Shown here: piece by piece, positions 52,476 through 64,000 of the stretch | How positions within the stretch are numbered: position 1 is the stretch's first letter | Layout of the letters: each line of letters begins with the position of its first letter | Source: Felis catus | Taxonomy: Eukaryota | DNA length: 64,000 nt | Direction: 5' to 3' | Assembly (NCBI RefSeq): GCF_018350175.1 | Contig: NC_058368.1 | Coordinates: forward strand, 41,542,001-41,606,000 | The notes under the pieces: model-generated | The model's database searches: none | What the model saw: only the letters and a program-made list of their open reading frames with translations | What the model was told of the DNA's origin: nothing | Position numbers and translations under genes: made by a program

Positions 52476-53039
52476 TTAACCATCATTTCCAAAGCAATGA
52501 GGTTCTAAATCATTTGTGGTTAGAGGAAATAGGTCATACTGACACCGGTTGCCCGTTTTGCATCATCCTATGACGCTCTCCGGTTATCTTCTGATGAAAC
52601 AGAAAGACCCTCCGGAGTAGGCCACCTTCGGGGCTTTATTTGACACCATCTGCATTCACTTAAATCCCAAATGCACTTTCTAACAAACAAAACATTTTCT
52701 CCCCAACTGGGGTAACTAATGATGTTAATGTTTTCTGTTCCCCTCCCCCCACCCCCGCAACATCTTTGAGTAGAAAAAGTCCCCCCCCACACTCTTTGGG
52801 TTGGCATGCTTGCTCTATGCTGTGCTATGTACCGAAGCTGCACTCTCATGGTCTCTTATTGCGTCATCCTTTCAAGCTTGCTGGCCGCAGTGCTCTGTGG
52901 TCCTGTGTCCTAAATAGTCTCTCTCATTTCTGCAGACCCCGCTGTCCCAAGGATCACTCTGCTTTCTGCCCTGAGTGCATCATGAACAGATACTTGTCCT
53001 GCTGTCATCGTTTTGAATGTGAATTAGAATAATGGCTGT

Positions 53040-53260
53040 ATTTTTTTTTTTAGTGCTTCCTATATGCCAGATAGTGTGGTGAGTACTTCACATATATTAT
53101 CTAATGTAACACTCAAAAATAAAAATGTATGAAGGAGGTACTCATATTAGCCTCTTTTAGAGGTGAGAAAATAATATCAGGGGAAATTTTTTATATTAAA
53201 TATAGTCACGGAGCTAATAAATGACCCAAGCCAGTCTGACGCCAGAGTCTACACTCTTGT
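53040..53260 (-). mobile_element. MIR SINE
   Basis: agtgcttcctatatgccag..tacttcacatatattatct..ttttagaggtgagaaaa..cccaagccagtctgacgccagag. Confidence 0.65.
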
Positions 53261-53964
53261 GCATTAATCTCAACAGGGTGAGAAATAGTTCTGAGGCAAA
53301 GTGAGTCTGGGAAAATATGTCCCTTCTCTGACCATGTTCTGGTCAAAAGTTGCCATCCTATTCCATATGTAAAGAAATAATAATTAATGTCTGTCTGTAA
53401 TATATAGCATAGGTACCACGAACATTTTAATCAAACTCATAATAGTATTTCTTTTGCCAATTACTTTGAAAAACTTTTACCTTACATTAATTCTGAATTC
53501 ACATTTCCTTAATTGAAATAAATGTTAATGACAAAAGTTATTTGAAAAGTCAACAAAAAAGAAAATACTAGTCTGCTCAATAAGCAAAAATATAGCTCTC
53601 AGACAAATTATTAATATTGTCAAGAAAGTAAAGATTCTACTTTAGAATTTTAAAATATTTTACCTCCTCCCTCCCATCATTGGGCTAGCTCATAGTTCAT
53701 TTATAACTAATTTTTTCAAACAAACTAACTAACATCAAATTGTGTTCCACTTAATTGAAGTTGTAAAAGGCCCATTACCAATACCCCTTTTAGAGTTTGG
53801 ACTGTTTGAGGGGAAACAAAAGGGTTACATAAATAGAAATTAAAGTATCAACTTTGTTACTGATAGAGTTACTATAAAATTTGGCTCAGGTTAATCAGAA
53901 TTACGCTGTCACCCATTCAATCAGGCAGTGCTCCCTGTGAAGGTGTAAAGGCAAGACTCAAATC

Positions 53965-54190
53965 CATGGTTCTCCATTGGAAGTGATCCTGCTCCCTGTC
54001 TATCACCCAGGGGATATTTGGTGATACCTGAGAAAGGATTGGTTGTCACAAATGGGGGAGTGCTACAGGCATCTAGTAGGTGTAAGCCAGGGATGCTGCT
54101 AAACATCCTACAAAGCACAAGACAGTCCACAAAACAAAGGGTTATCTGGTCTAAAATGTCACTGGTGCCATCCATGGTTGACAAATCCTA
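53965..54190 (+). mobile_element. MER20 (hAT-Charlie) DNA transposon
   Basis: cccaggggatatttgg..ttggttgtcacaa..gtgctacaggcatctagtagg..agccagggatgctgctaaacatcctaca..gcacaagacag..aaaatgtca. Confidence 0.88.
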
Positions 54191-55304
54191 AGCTAAGCTT
54201 ACGGAAGGGACTAACATGGAGTAGGAAGCATTTTCTCTGAAAGTAGACAGATTCCCTACAAGAAGGAAGAGAGATGATGCTGACTACATTTACTCAGTTC
54301 CTGCATCAAAACTTATCAGATAATTTGTTCATCTTGCCCTGGTCAGGAAATAAAGAAGAAGCCAAGAAGGCCAAGGTTGTGTTGCAGTAATTACTGTCCC
54401 TCAACAGAGGAACACAAGGTGAAGAGAAAGGTGACTCTGCACGCTAACACTTATTTACATAATGTGATTTGTTCAGATTTTCAAATCGATTCTCATGGCA
54501 TAGGACCAAGATAATTTGACTTTGTATCATACATACATATTTGTTTAATTCATGCTCAGAAGAATAATGAACCTTTTATTTACATTTAGGTCTATCACAC
54601 GGAAAGGAGTGGCCAGTTGCAATGGGTATTTTTATCTGTGCTATCTTTTAAGCTCTACTTGAGTACATACATCGACTTTTCTTAGGTGGAGGTAAAAGCA
54701 AAACTAATATAGTTTGCAGAAGGCATATTTACTTTATTGATTAAACAATTCAAATTGGGTTTGACTAGTTACTGCATAGTCCCAGGAGCACTTAATTAGC
54801 CCTACTGTTAAATTTAAAAGGAGAAAGAGTCAGAGAAGGAAGGCAGATAGGCAGAGCCATTTGCATCACCACAAAATTGGGGTTCAGGTTGCTGGAGCAA
54901 AGCTAAAGATGAATCCCAAAAGATTCCCCTGAATTTACTCCTTTCTTTTATTTTCTGATTCTTCTTGATACTTTTATATTCTGAAACATGTCAGCTCTCC
55001 CTTTTCCTATGTTTCTTTTCCTTTGAGCTGAAGAGAGAGTAATACCGTGCCAATAATCTACAGTCAGATTCCAGGCTGGTGTCATTTTCCATTGTTTTGA
55101 TGTCTATGTAAAATAATCTAACAGACTAGCTAGAACTATTAGCATTATAGTGGGAATCTATCCTCTTTGATGACACTAGGCCATTCACACAGACACATGT
55201 GTGTTCTTAAAAAATGTAACGGTATATTTTAAAGCTCATTTTAAAGCTATAAAGAGAGAAAAGGCCAAAACCAAAGCAGAGGCAATTTCTGATAATAACA
55301 TGAG

Positions 55305-55580
55305 AATCTTTAATATTTATTTAACTTCTACCATGAACCAGACACTATATAGAGCAAATTCTGTGCATTATCTCAGTTTATCCTCACATGGTATCTCTGA
55401 ATAAAGTTCTATAATTGTCACCATTTTACAATGGTGTTTACAAACACCATGTTTGGATCACATATGCTGTGATCCAAAGGGAAAGAAACTTGCCCAGTGT
55501 CAAACACAGTATGTGGTTATAGACTGAGATCCAGAGTCAAGCTTGTTGACTCCATACTCTATTATCTTAACCACTGTGCG
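55305..55580 (-). mobile_element. MIR SINE with an internal templated insertion
   Basis: aatatttatttaacttctaccatgaaccagacact..tcctcaca..ccattttaca [insert] ..aacttgccca..tgactcca..cttaaccactg. Confidence 0.7.
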
Positions 55581-55959
55581 AAAATGACTTGCTAAGAGAG
55601 CAATCACAGCACTAAATATTTCTAGGATTCATTGGTCCCTAAATTCAAGAAAACCATTAATATCATGACTGTGTTTAAAAACCTCAAAAATCTTCCTTGT
55701 CTATGTTGTAAGTCTTAACTACATCTAAATGTTTTTCTTCAAATACTTTTCTAACTAAATATAAATTACTTTTCCTGTGTGAAAAGTGTCATGAATGACT
55801 CCCAGATAATCTGCTTGGGCAACAGAAAAACAAACAAACAAACAGGAGGTGTCACTGATTAAAAAATAATGTAGAGAAATAGAAATAGATTTTTAGGGAA
55901 ATGTAAGTTCCATTTAGAGATGTTAACTCTGAATACATTTTATATAAATGTTGTTTTGA

Positions 55960-56433
55960 GGGTGGGGAACCCTCTCCCTTCCCTGAAAAATGGAACTTTT
56001 TTCCAAAGTGAAACTCATACTGTGTAGTTCATAGGGGTCACCCCTAGGAAAATGGTGGACACATGAGTGAGGTGTCACCAAGCAGAGTATAGCATCTGTC
56101 TGCTCATAGTGATTTGTTGCCACAGGGCTGAAGTTCTCCCCATAATTTTTGCTGGTACTGAGAAGAGTGAATAATAGAAGTAAATACCAAGTAGACCCTC
56201 AGCTTACCAAAATTATCTTTGCTGCCATGTTAGAAAACCTTCCTGCTACTGACAATTTCACACAGCAAAGAAGAGGGAGAGAGACTGAGTCATCATCTGA
56301 ACACCTGTATTAAGATATGCCCAAAGGCAGACTTTCAATTACGAGAGCCAAAATATTCCCTTTAAAAAAAAAAAAAAAAAAAAAGCTAATTTGAATTGTA
56401 TACCTGTAACCTGCAACTAAGAGTGCTAAAACA
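55960..56433 (+). mobile_element. MLT1-type LTR relic
   Basis: gagccaaaatattcccttt..gctaatttgaattg..ctgtaacctgcaactaagagtgct matches the MLT1 3' end. 5' boundary uncertain. Confidence 0.5.
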
Positions 56434-57089
56434 TATGATGTTGGTATGGCACAAGAGTGACAATATTACCGTCTCCCACTCTCTTCCTCTCAACTGAAGA
56501 TGCAGTTGTATCCACCCTGCCCATATGCTGTGATCCAAATTCCTGACCATTGATCCGTCGCCACTTCACATTGAAATGTTAGCACTCCTGCTCCCAACTT
56601 GGTTATCACCATTTATTTGATAATTTCACTTTGCATCTTTCCCAAATGATCAGGGCAATTCTTCCATCTCCCTTGATGATTTCAACACCTAGCTCACTTG
56701 CTTCCTCTCTTCATGCTTAATCATTTATAGTTCCTTTAATAACAGTGCCCATGATGTATTGAACTTCTCAATGCAGTCGCCATTATCACTCAATTCTGTT
56801 CTTTCTAATCAACTGATTTGTAACTTTACCTCAGTCCACATTCCTTTGAGGATTTTCACCTTCGTCTTGGTCATTCCATAATGCCGTCCAAACCTCAAAA
56901 GCTGACACAGGTCGTTCCTTTTTAGAGTAACCTCTGAAAATTATCATACTTCGTTTCTTTCAACCCTTACTATAAACTCCCTTTCATCAACCCTCTTCAA
57001 ATTATACTTGATTTCATTTTTCAACTTCAAATTTCTATTCAAATATTTCAATGTTATTATTATTACTCTTATCATGTTATTGCTTTCAA

Positions 57090-57910
57090 GTTTTACTGTA
57101 TCATTCACTTACTGATCCCTTTATTCTTTTCCCAGTCTTACTAGAAATGGTCCAATGTCTGTCCTATTGACTTGATACAACTTTCTCCCTCACTTGCAAC
57201 ATCCCATCTCTCATTAAATCTTATTGATTTCACTTTTACTTCTTCTATCCATTTCATCGTCTCCATGTGTATTATCTCTACCCTCATCTGGCTACTTCAT
57301 CTCTTGTTTGGACTCCTAGTTTCTTCATATTTTGTCTCTCCTCATTATATTCCATTCTTCACACTGAGGTTCTTTTTTAAATGAAATATTCTGATGTCAT
57401 CTCCTGTTTAAGACCTATTAATTGTTTTTCATTGCTTCTAGGAAAAAAAACCCCTCAAATTCTTACTATAGCCCACTGGCCTGAATGGTTTCATCCCTGT
57501 TTTCCTACCTCTTTCCTTTAATCTCACACAGCTTGCTTGCTCTTTAAGATTCAAACATACTGTCATTTATTTTATTCCTTGATTAAGCTATGCTTCTCAC
57601 TACTGGTTCTTTGCATACTCCTGTTCATCTCTTTGGAATGCCCACCCTTCTGCCGAGCTTCACCCAGTTAATGCCAATTCAACATTTATGTTTTTCTCCC
57701 ACTTAAATCTTCAGGGAAAACATAGCTGGTGCCCTAGCTTTTAGGTCAGGTTCCTGTCTGATATAAACCTCTACGACATTATTCTCTCCATTTGTTATTT
57801 TAGGTTGTAATATTACAAACACTGTGTTGGTAATTCTTTAATATTTATCCCCTCCTGCTCAATAGAAGCTCCTAGATGCATACTTATTAATGAATCAATA
57901 GATGAATGAA
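57090..57910 (+). mobile_element. L2 fragment
   Basis: Pyrimidine-rich L2-like body (ctttgcatact..ctttggaatgccc) ending ttaatgaatcaatagatgaatgaa. Confidence 0.55.
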
Positions 57911-58289
57911 AAAATTGAGAAAATACTATTTCACATTGAAATGTTAGTGCATCTTGTACAGGCATCTTGTACTATATATTAGAAATAAAAAAAAAAAAGA
58001 AAAGCCTACAGGGAAATAAGGTACATAGACATAAATATGTGTGCATGTATTATAATATGATAGTTCAGGATCAGCCCAGTTAAGCTCAGGTTAATATAAG
58101 TGTCCAAAAGGATATCCCAGCACAGCCTGATGACGGGACTAGAGATGGAGATATCACATAGGCAGTTGAGAGGTATTGCTATGCTAATACCCCAAATTTA
58201 TAAGTGTCCATTCTTGTCTCCCTGTGATGAATTGCTCAGATGGGAAAAGACAAAAAAGCAATTCAGCGCTGCTCCACAATCAATTATTA

Positions 58290-58850
58290 TTTAATTCATT
58301 TAGCAGATTTCATTGACTGCCACACAGTGTGCTAACCTGAAAATGTAGAAATGAATAAAACTATCTGTGTCTTCTGATATTTCCCAGTCCAGTATGGCAG
58401 AGAGCCTTTTATGGTACAATATGAGAAATATGCAAAAGAAAGTGGCAGATAAAATGGGAGCACCATGGAGGGACATCAGAGCAGCCTGATGTATCTGGGA
58501 AAGTTTTCCTCATTTGGTGAGACCTGACATGAGTCTAAAAATATAAGATTAAGCAACTTAGACAAAACTATTCCAAGCAGGAGAATGATCAAGGGATGAA
58601 TTTGGGGGAATATAACTTGTGCTGTTTGGTTTTGTGGTGCAGGATATTCTAAGGAGTATTTAGAGATGAGTTTGTTGGTACGGGCAGAAGAAAACCATGG
58701 AGAGTCTTATGAGCCATGAAAGAAGTTTAGGCCTTGCCAGGAAAGCAGTAGGAAGGATTTCAATTTGAAAAGTAACATGCGATTCATTTTTAGGAAAAAT
58801 AATTTTAGCAAGTCTAAAAATACATCGCAAGACTGAGAGAACCAAGGCGG
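58290..58850 (-). mobile_element. L2 fragment
   Basis: attcatttagcagatttcattgactgcc..aaatgaataaaac..aacatgcgattcatttttaggaaaataattttagca. Confidence 0.55.
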
Positions 58851-59829
58851 GGGTGGTAATCTTTCTAATCATGCATTATTCCACTCAGATGTTTCCCAAG
58901 GAAAACGCTCCTCACATTTGCTCCCACAGCACCATGTGCTCACCTCCATATCATAAAGCTGACTTGAAAGTTCCAAGCTCATTTGTATAAGCAGGTAGCA
59001 TCTAGCATAATCCTGTGTATATAATAGGGCCAGTGAATGCTGCTGGAGTAGGTGAGTGAATGAGATAACAAGTCAATCAGTCTTTGAGAGAGCTGTGAAG
59101 ATTCCTAACAATGACTGATATGGTTTACATATTTACCTTTCATATGATGCCAAATCACAATGAAATTGATTTCTTTTATCTATAAACATATTAATATTCC
59201 TCTGGAAAACTTTTATATCACCTCACTGTGTTCTCTGTGGAATCAAGTCAGCTATTTGAAGAAGATAGGAGCTCTAACAAATGTTGAATCAGTCTTTTTT
59301 TTTCTGGATTAATTGTGTATATATCAGATATCAGAGTGACTATGTGTTCCAATGAAGTGAGCAAATATTAGGTGAATGGAGCCTTTTGGATAAGAAAGGA
59401 TTCAAGTATTAAATTAAACCATTCATAGAGGTCAAAAGATTTCTCCCTGGTTTGGGTTTGTGGAAAAGTAATAAATATATCTTCAGTTATGTAATGTCAT
59501 TTTCAAAGGTATACTAGAAAATTTTGAGATGTTTGTTTTTAAACATCCTTATTTTTGTTATTCTAGCTTAATAAAAATCTTCCTACTAATTTATTCAATC
59601 TATCATAGTTAATTTAAATAGCACATGAAATTTTAAACAGATGTTATATCATAAATATCCAGAGTATAAATATCAAAATTCTGCTTACAAGTATAGAAAG
59701 ATACATTTTTATTTTAAGTAATTAGCACATTTTTAGAATGTTTTTACAAATAATTTTCAACTACCAGAAAGCAGCAGCATGGATTATCCAAAACTATGAA
59801 TAATCCAGAAGGCATTTTGTGTCAAATTG

Positions 59830-59860
<31 letters not shown>

Positions 59861-60769
59861 GGTAACAGAACATCATTCTGTGTTACTTAAGCAAAAACTC
59901 AAATTAGTTTGACATTTCCTGTATACGTAAGAAATGGTTTACCAGCTGAGCTTTGAGGTCAGTTGATGAGAAATATGTTAGGCTTTGGGGGAAGGAAAAG
60001 ACATAATAGATATGTCACAGTACTTTTATTATTTCATTTTGTTAGATGCATTCCTATTTCCTTGATTTTGAACAGATTTTCTTTTCACAGACATTTAGAC
60101 AATTTGCTGTCTTCTGTATTATTTTTGTTGGAGCTAAGAATATTGAAAGTAGTAAATGGTAGTAATTAGTTGAATATACAATATATTTTTCAGCATTAAT
60201 AAAAACTACATTTCTTGCGGACAAGCTGAACTTGTGTCTATAACCTGTAATGCTCAAAGAGAAATAGTAAACTATACTCAACATACACTGTCAAGAATAA
60301 CTACCTTTGAGTGATAGCAAAGTCATTAATTCCTGTTTGTTTATTCATATAAAATTATTAAATGTATGGCTACCTCATATAAAGGATTATATTGAGATCT
60401 GGGGACATAGTAGTTGCTAAAATAGAATATCTATACCTCTGGAGGTTACTTTTCTAGAGGTATTTTCTTTGTCTAAATGAAATAAAATAACTTTATGGAA
60501 AGAATTTTGGATATTTTAAACAATTCATAGTTTGGTTATTTACATTTGATATCATATGTTCTTTATTTTGCTTAAGAACAGAATATATGCCCACCTATAA
60601 GAAGATGGAATTGTTTGTGAGGATGTGGTGGGAGCACAAAACTAGTCAAAGACTGTTCCAGAAAGGAAGATGAAGATTTCATAGTAGGGTACAAGAGAGG
60701 GAAGTATTAGCTGTGTCATTCCTAATTAGCTCTGTAAATAGCTGTTTCCAGTGGATGATGCATAATATA

Positions 60770-60985
60770 TTTTTTTAATTTTTTTTGTTTATTTCATATT
60801 TGAGAGAGAAAGAGAGAGAAGAAAGCAAGTAGGAGAGGGCAGAGAGACAGAGACAGAATCTGAAGCAGGCTCCAGGCTCCCAGCTGTCAGCATAGAGCCC
60901 GACGTGGGGCTCGAGCTCACCAGCAGTGAGATCATGACCCGAGCTGAAGTCGGAAGCCCAACCAACTGAGCTACCCAGGCACCCC
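60770..60985 (-). mobile_element. CanSINE
   Basis: Perfect TSD atgatgcataatat at 60755-60768 and 60986-60999. Confidence 0.96.
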
Positions 60986-61641
60986 ATGATGCATAATATT
61001 ATTAGTGGGCAGGGATGGTTTTCAGGATATCTATTCAGAGTGTGGCACTGGAGAATCCATGAGGAGAATGAATATAAGGAATTACAGGAAGTAGTAACAA
61101 GCATTCTGATTAGCTTATACAAATGTTGGAGAATCCATCTAGTAGACTCAATGATATAAGGGAAGGAGTTCTCCAAAAGACATGGAACTGGCCAAGACTG
61201 GGAAGGTAAGTAGAGCATTAAGTACATGGGCGGGGACTTGGCTCTATGAACGAAACTAGAAATAGGGAGAAGAGAAAGAATCAAAAAGGGACAAACTGGA
61301 TTTTTTTTTTTTTTTTTTTAAGATTGGCTCAGTAGGAAGAGTGGTTTACCTCTGGAAGAACAAATTTCAAGTGTGGTTGATTTTGAGTAAAGACTGGTGA
61401 GATGAAGAGAGTGAGGGTTTGTGAGTAGTGTGAGATTATTAAGAAGCATATCAGCATTTCCTTAGGTCCTTAGCCAGAGAGAAGTCCAAATTTTTGATGT
61501 AGGGAATTTTTAATACGTCATCCTTTATGAAAATATGAATGTAGTCATTATGGGAAAATCAGAATATTTGGGAATGATTAACAGACTTTTAAAATTAAGC
61601 ATGAAATGGAAACTCCTTGTTTTACAAGACTTGAGCACTTT

Positions 61642-61845
61642 TTTTTTTTTAGTGTTTATTTTTTGAGAGAGAGACAGAACACAAGTGGGGTAAGGGCAAA
61701 GAGAGAGGGAGACACAAAATCTGAAGAGGCTCCAGGCTCTGAGCTGTTAGCACAGAGCCCGAGGTGGGGCTCGAACTCACAGACCACGAGATCTTGACCT
61801 GAGCCGAACTCCAACCCTTAACTGACAGAACCACCCAGGCGCCCC
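61642..61845 (-). mobile_element. CanSINE
   Basis: Ends ccacccaggcgcccc. TSD aagacttg.g..cttt. Confidence 0.95.
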
Positions 61846-62969
61846 AAGACTTGTGTGCTTTTATGGTGTTGTACTACTTGTAGCTGCATCTGAGTGTGTG
61901 TTTTGAGAAAGAGTGCCTTTTGCACAAAACATACTTCTGCTATTATCTGACCTGAAAATATAAACAGAACAAGCAGAATACTGGCGGATTTATTATTTTT
62001 GTTTTTTTCTAAGTTCACATCTGTCATCCAGGAAATTCAAAAAGCAAAAGTGACAAGGACAGTCACCAGTGTATTGTGGGTGATGAATAATCAATAGAAA
62101 ACTTCATTTTCTCTTCCCTTCTCTTTTCAATGTCTTTCTTTTCTTACCCCTTTTTCCGCCTTCATTCCTATCAGCAATAACACTGTAGTCAAACCTTTAA
62201 GCCTTGTATCTATCACTCAAAGTTCAGTGCAGAAAATAGAAACCCTTTTACTTATTTCAATCAGAAATTAATTTAATGTAGAGAATTAAGAGTTAGCAAA
62301 ACCCTTGGGAGGCATCATTCTACAGTCAGGAGGCCATCATTCCACTTATGATTTGAAATACCACCATCTAGCTCCAGTCAGGAATACAAGAATATGCTGT
62401 TGAAACTGCCGCCACCAAGACTGGCCAACAGTGCTTCTCAGTGCCCAGAAAGCTGGAAACTAGAGGTTGAGTCTGGTCACCACACTTTCTCATGTCTCAT
62501 GATCTTGCTTGCAAGAGAAAACAGCAGCAAATGACAGCATTTGCCTATATCTGTCTTCCAAGCCTCCTATGTGTGCAATTCTTAGGATACCTTACTTGCA
62601 TCCAGTCCCCATATGTAAGAGAGTGTGAGGAAGGCTGTTTTCAGCTTTCTATCATCTCTAAATTGAATGAAGCTGGATTGGAGTTTGGGAGAACCAAATC
62701 AAATGTCTATGACAAGCTGCTATAGTGATTTATATTGACCTCCCAACCGTTCTCTATATTTGTCATTATTCATGGCTTTTATTAAATCTATGTCTTATAT
62801 TCTGTTTACCTCTCCTCTGACCCTGCTAAATCTCATTTCTACCCTTTTGCGTAAGCACATTAGCCAATATTGTACTTTTATAACGTTAGCTTTACCTGGA
62901 ATATTTCCTATATCATTAACTCAACTTCTGAAACACTTTCCTATGATTTAGGGAAGACACACATATAAG

Positions 62970-63038
62970 GTTAAAACAATTACCACATAAACATAACTTA
63001 TTTGTTAAAACAATTACTACATAAACAAATACTTATTT
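62970..63038. repeat. Imperfect 34/35-bp tandem duplication
   Basis: gttaaaacaattaccacataaacataacttattt / gttaaaacaattactacataaacaaatacttattt. Confidence 0.9.
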
Positions 63039-63513
63039 GCTATGGGTCTGGAGATAACTATCATTTTATTTCATCAGAATATGTCTTAAACAAGTGTTGT
63101 TTCTATTATTCATGCATTTAATCAAAATGTACAATTATTGAATGATTAATATGATCTAATATGAGTATAAAGAAAGTGTCTTGAATTTTAACTGCTCCTA
63201 AATTGAATTTTTAAAAAGACATAAGATATTTATTAGTCAGGCAAATTTTTTCTCATATATTTAGCACCATGGACCTTAAATTTGTGCTGTTTTAATTTTA
63301 GACAAGCTAGCACAAATGGTAAAACGAAATCAACAGGTAAGAGCCATTTACATTATAAAACCAATATCGTTCATTCATCTAGTCATTTTTACTAGAATTT
63401 TATTTCCTCTGTGTATGCTTGAGCTGCACATAGATATTATCCCATCTCAGTGTAAGAGTTAAACTTGATTTCAAAATAAGAAATACGATTACATCCATCC
63501 TAATTATAATTCT

Positions 63514-63723
63514 TTTTTTTACATTTTTTATAATGTTTTATTTATTTTTGACAGAGAGAGCATGAGCGGGGGAGGGACAGAGAGGGAGACACAGAATCCA
63601 AAGCAGGCTCCAGGCTCTGAGCTGTCAGCACAGAGCCCGACACGGGGCTTGAACTCACAGACCAAGAGATCATGACCTGTGCTGAAGCCAAACACTCAAC
63701 CGACTGAGCCACCGAGGCGCCCC
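63514..63723 (-). mobile_element. CanSINE
   Basis: TSD atcc(ta a/ca g)ttataattct at 63497-63513 and 63724-63740. Ends gagccaccgaggcgcccc. Confidence 0.95.
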
Positions 63724-64000
63724 ATCCCAGTTATAATTCTAAAACAACTGTCTCCTTATCTTTTAAGCTAAAAGTGAGATTACTCTTCCGTATTATTATT
63801 TTGCTAAGTTTGACACCTCTATCAACTATCACAGTACTGTTTCATTTGCTATCCTTGCCTCTAAAGTAAAATGGTCTTGTAAAACTAGTTTTTAGTCAGA
63901 TAATCTACTAAAATGTCTGCTTTTCCTTTTGGATGAGTGTTTTTGCTCTGTTCAAAGCATGTCCTGTTATCAGAGACTGTGAAGCTGTATTGTCCCTTGG

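Noticed and set aside
60775..61284. 169-aa minus-strand ORF
   Set aside because: The C-terminal half is a SINE, the start is non-ATG, and the rest resembles no protein I know.
1..64000. A novel multi-gene biological system
   Set aside because: No intact recognisable genes or unexplained long ORFs. Known repeat classes, one retrocopy and unique non-coding DNA account for the window.

Overview
AT-rich mammalian genomic DNA, intergenic or deep intronic. The tRNA-derived CanSINEs (including the young GCGCAGTC/CAGCCAGG/GTTTCCGATT subtype) and the L1 sequence point to a felid. I could not recognise an intact protein-coding gene. The window holds 23 CanSINEs, most with readable target-site duplications (TSDs). 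It also holds one full-length but dead LINE-1 (37391-43811, 16-bp TSD) carrying two near-identical inverted young SINEs, older L1/L2/MIR/LTR/DNA-transposon relics, and microsatellites. A minus-strand processed pseudogene of EEF1G (29684-30354) has lost roughly 245 internal codons at a microhomology junction. Three small templated, hairpin-rich insertions (about 2.96, 39.9 and 55.4 kb) look like DNA-repair scars. Two non-repeat CpG-retaining patches (about 20.6-21.1 and 52.5-53.0 kb) may be regulatory or exonic. I found no evidence of a new biological system. Repeat family names come from recalled consensus sequences, not from a database search.
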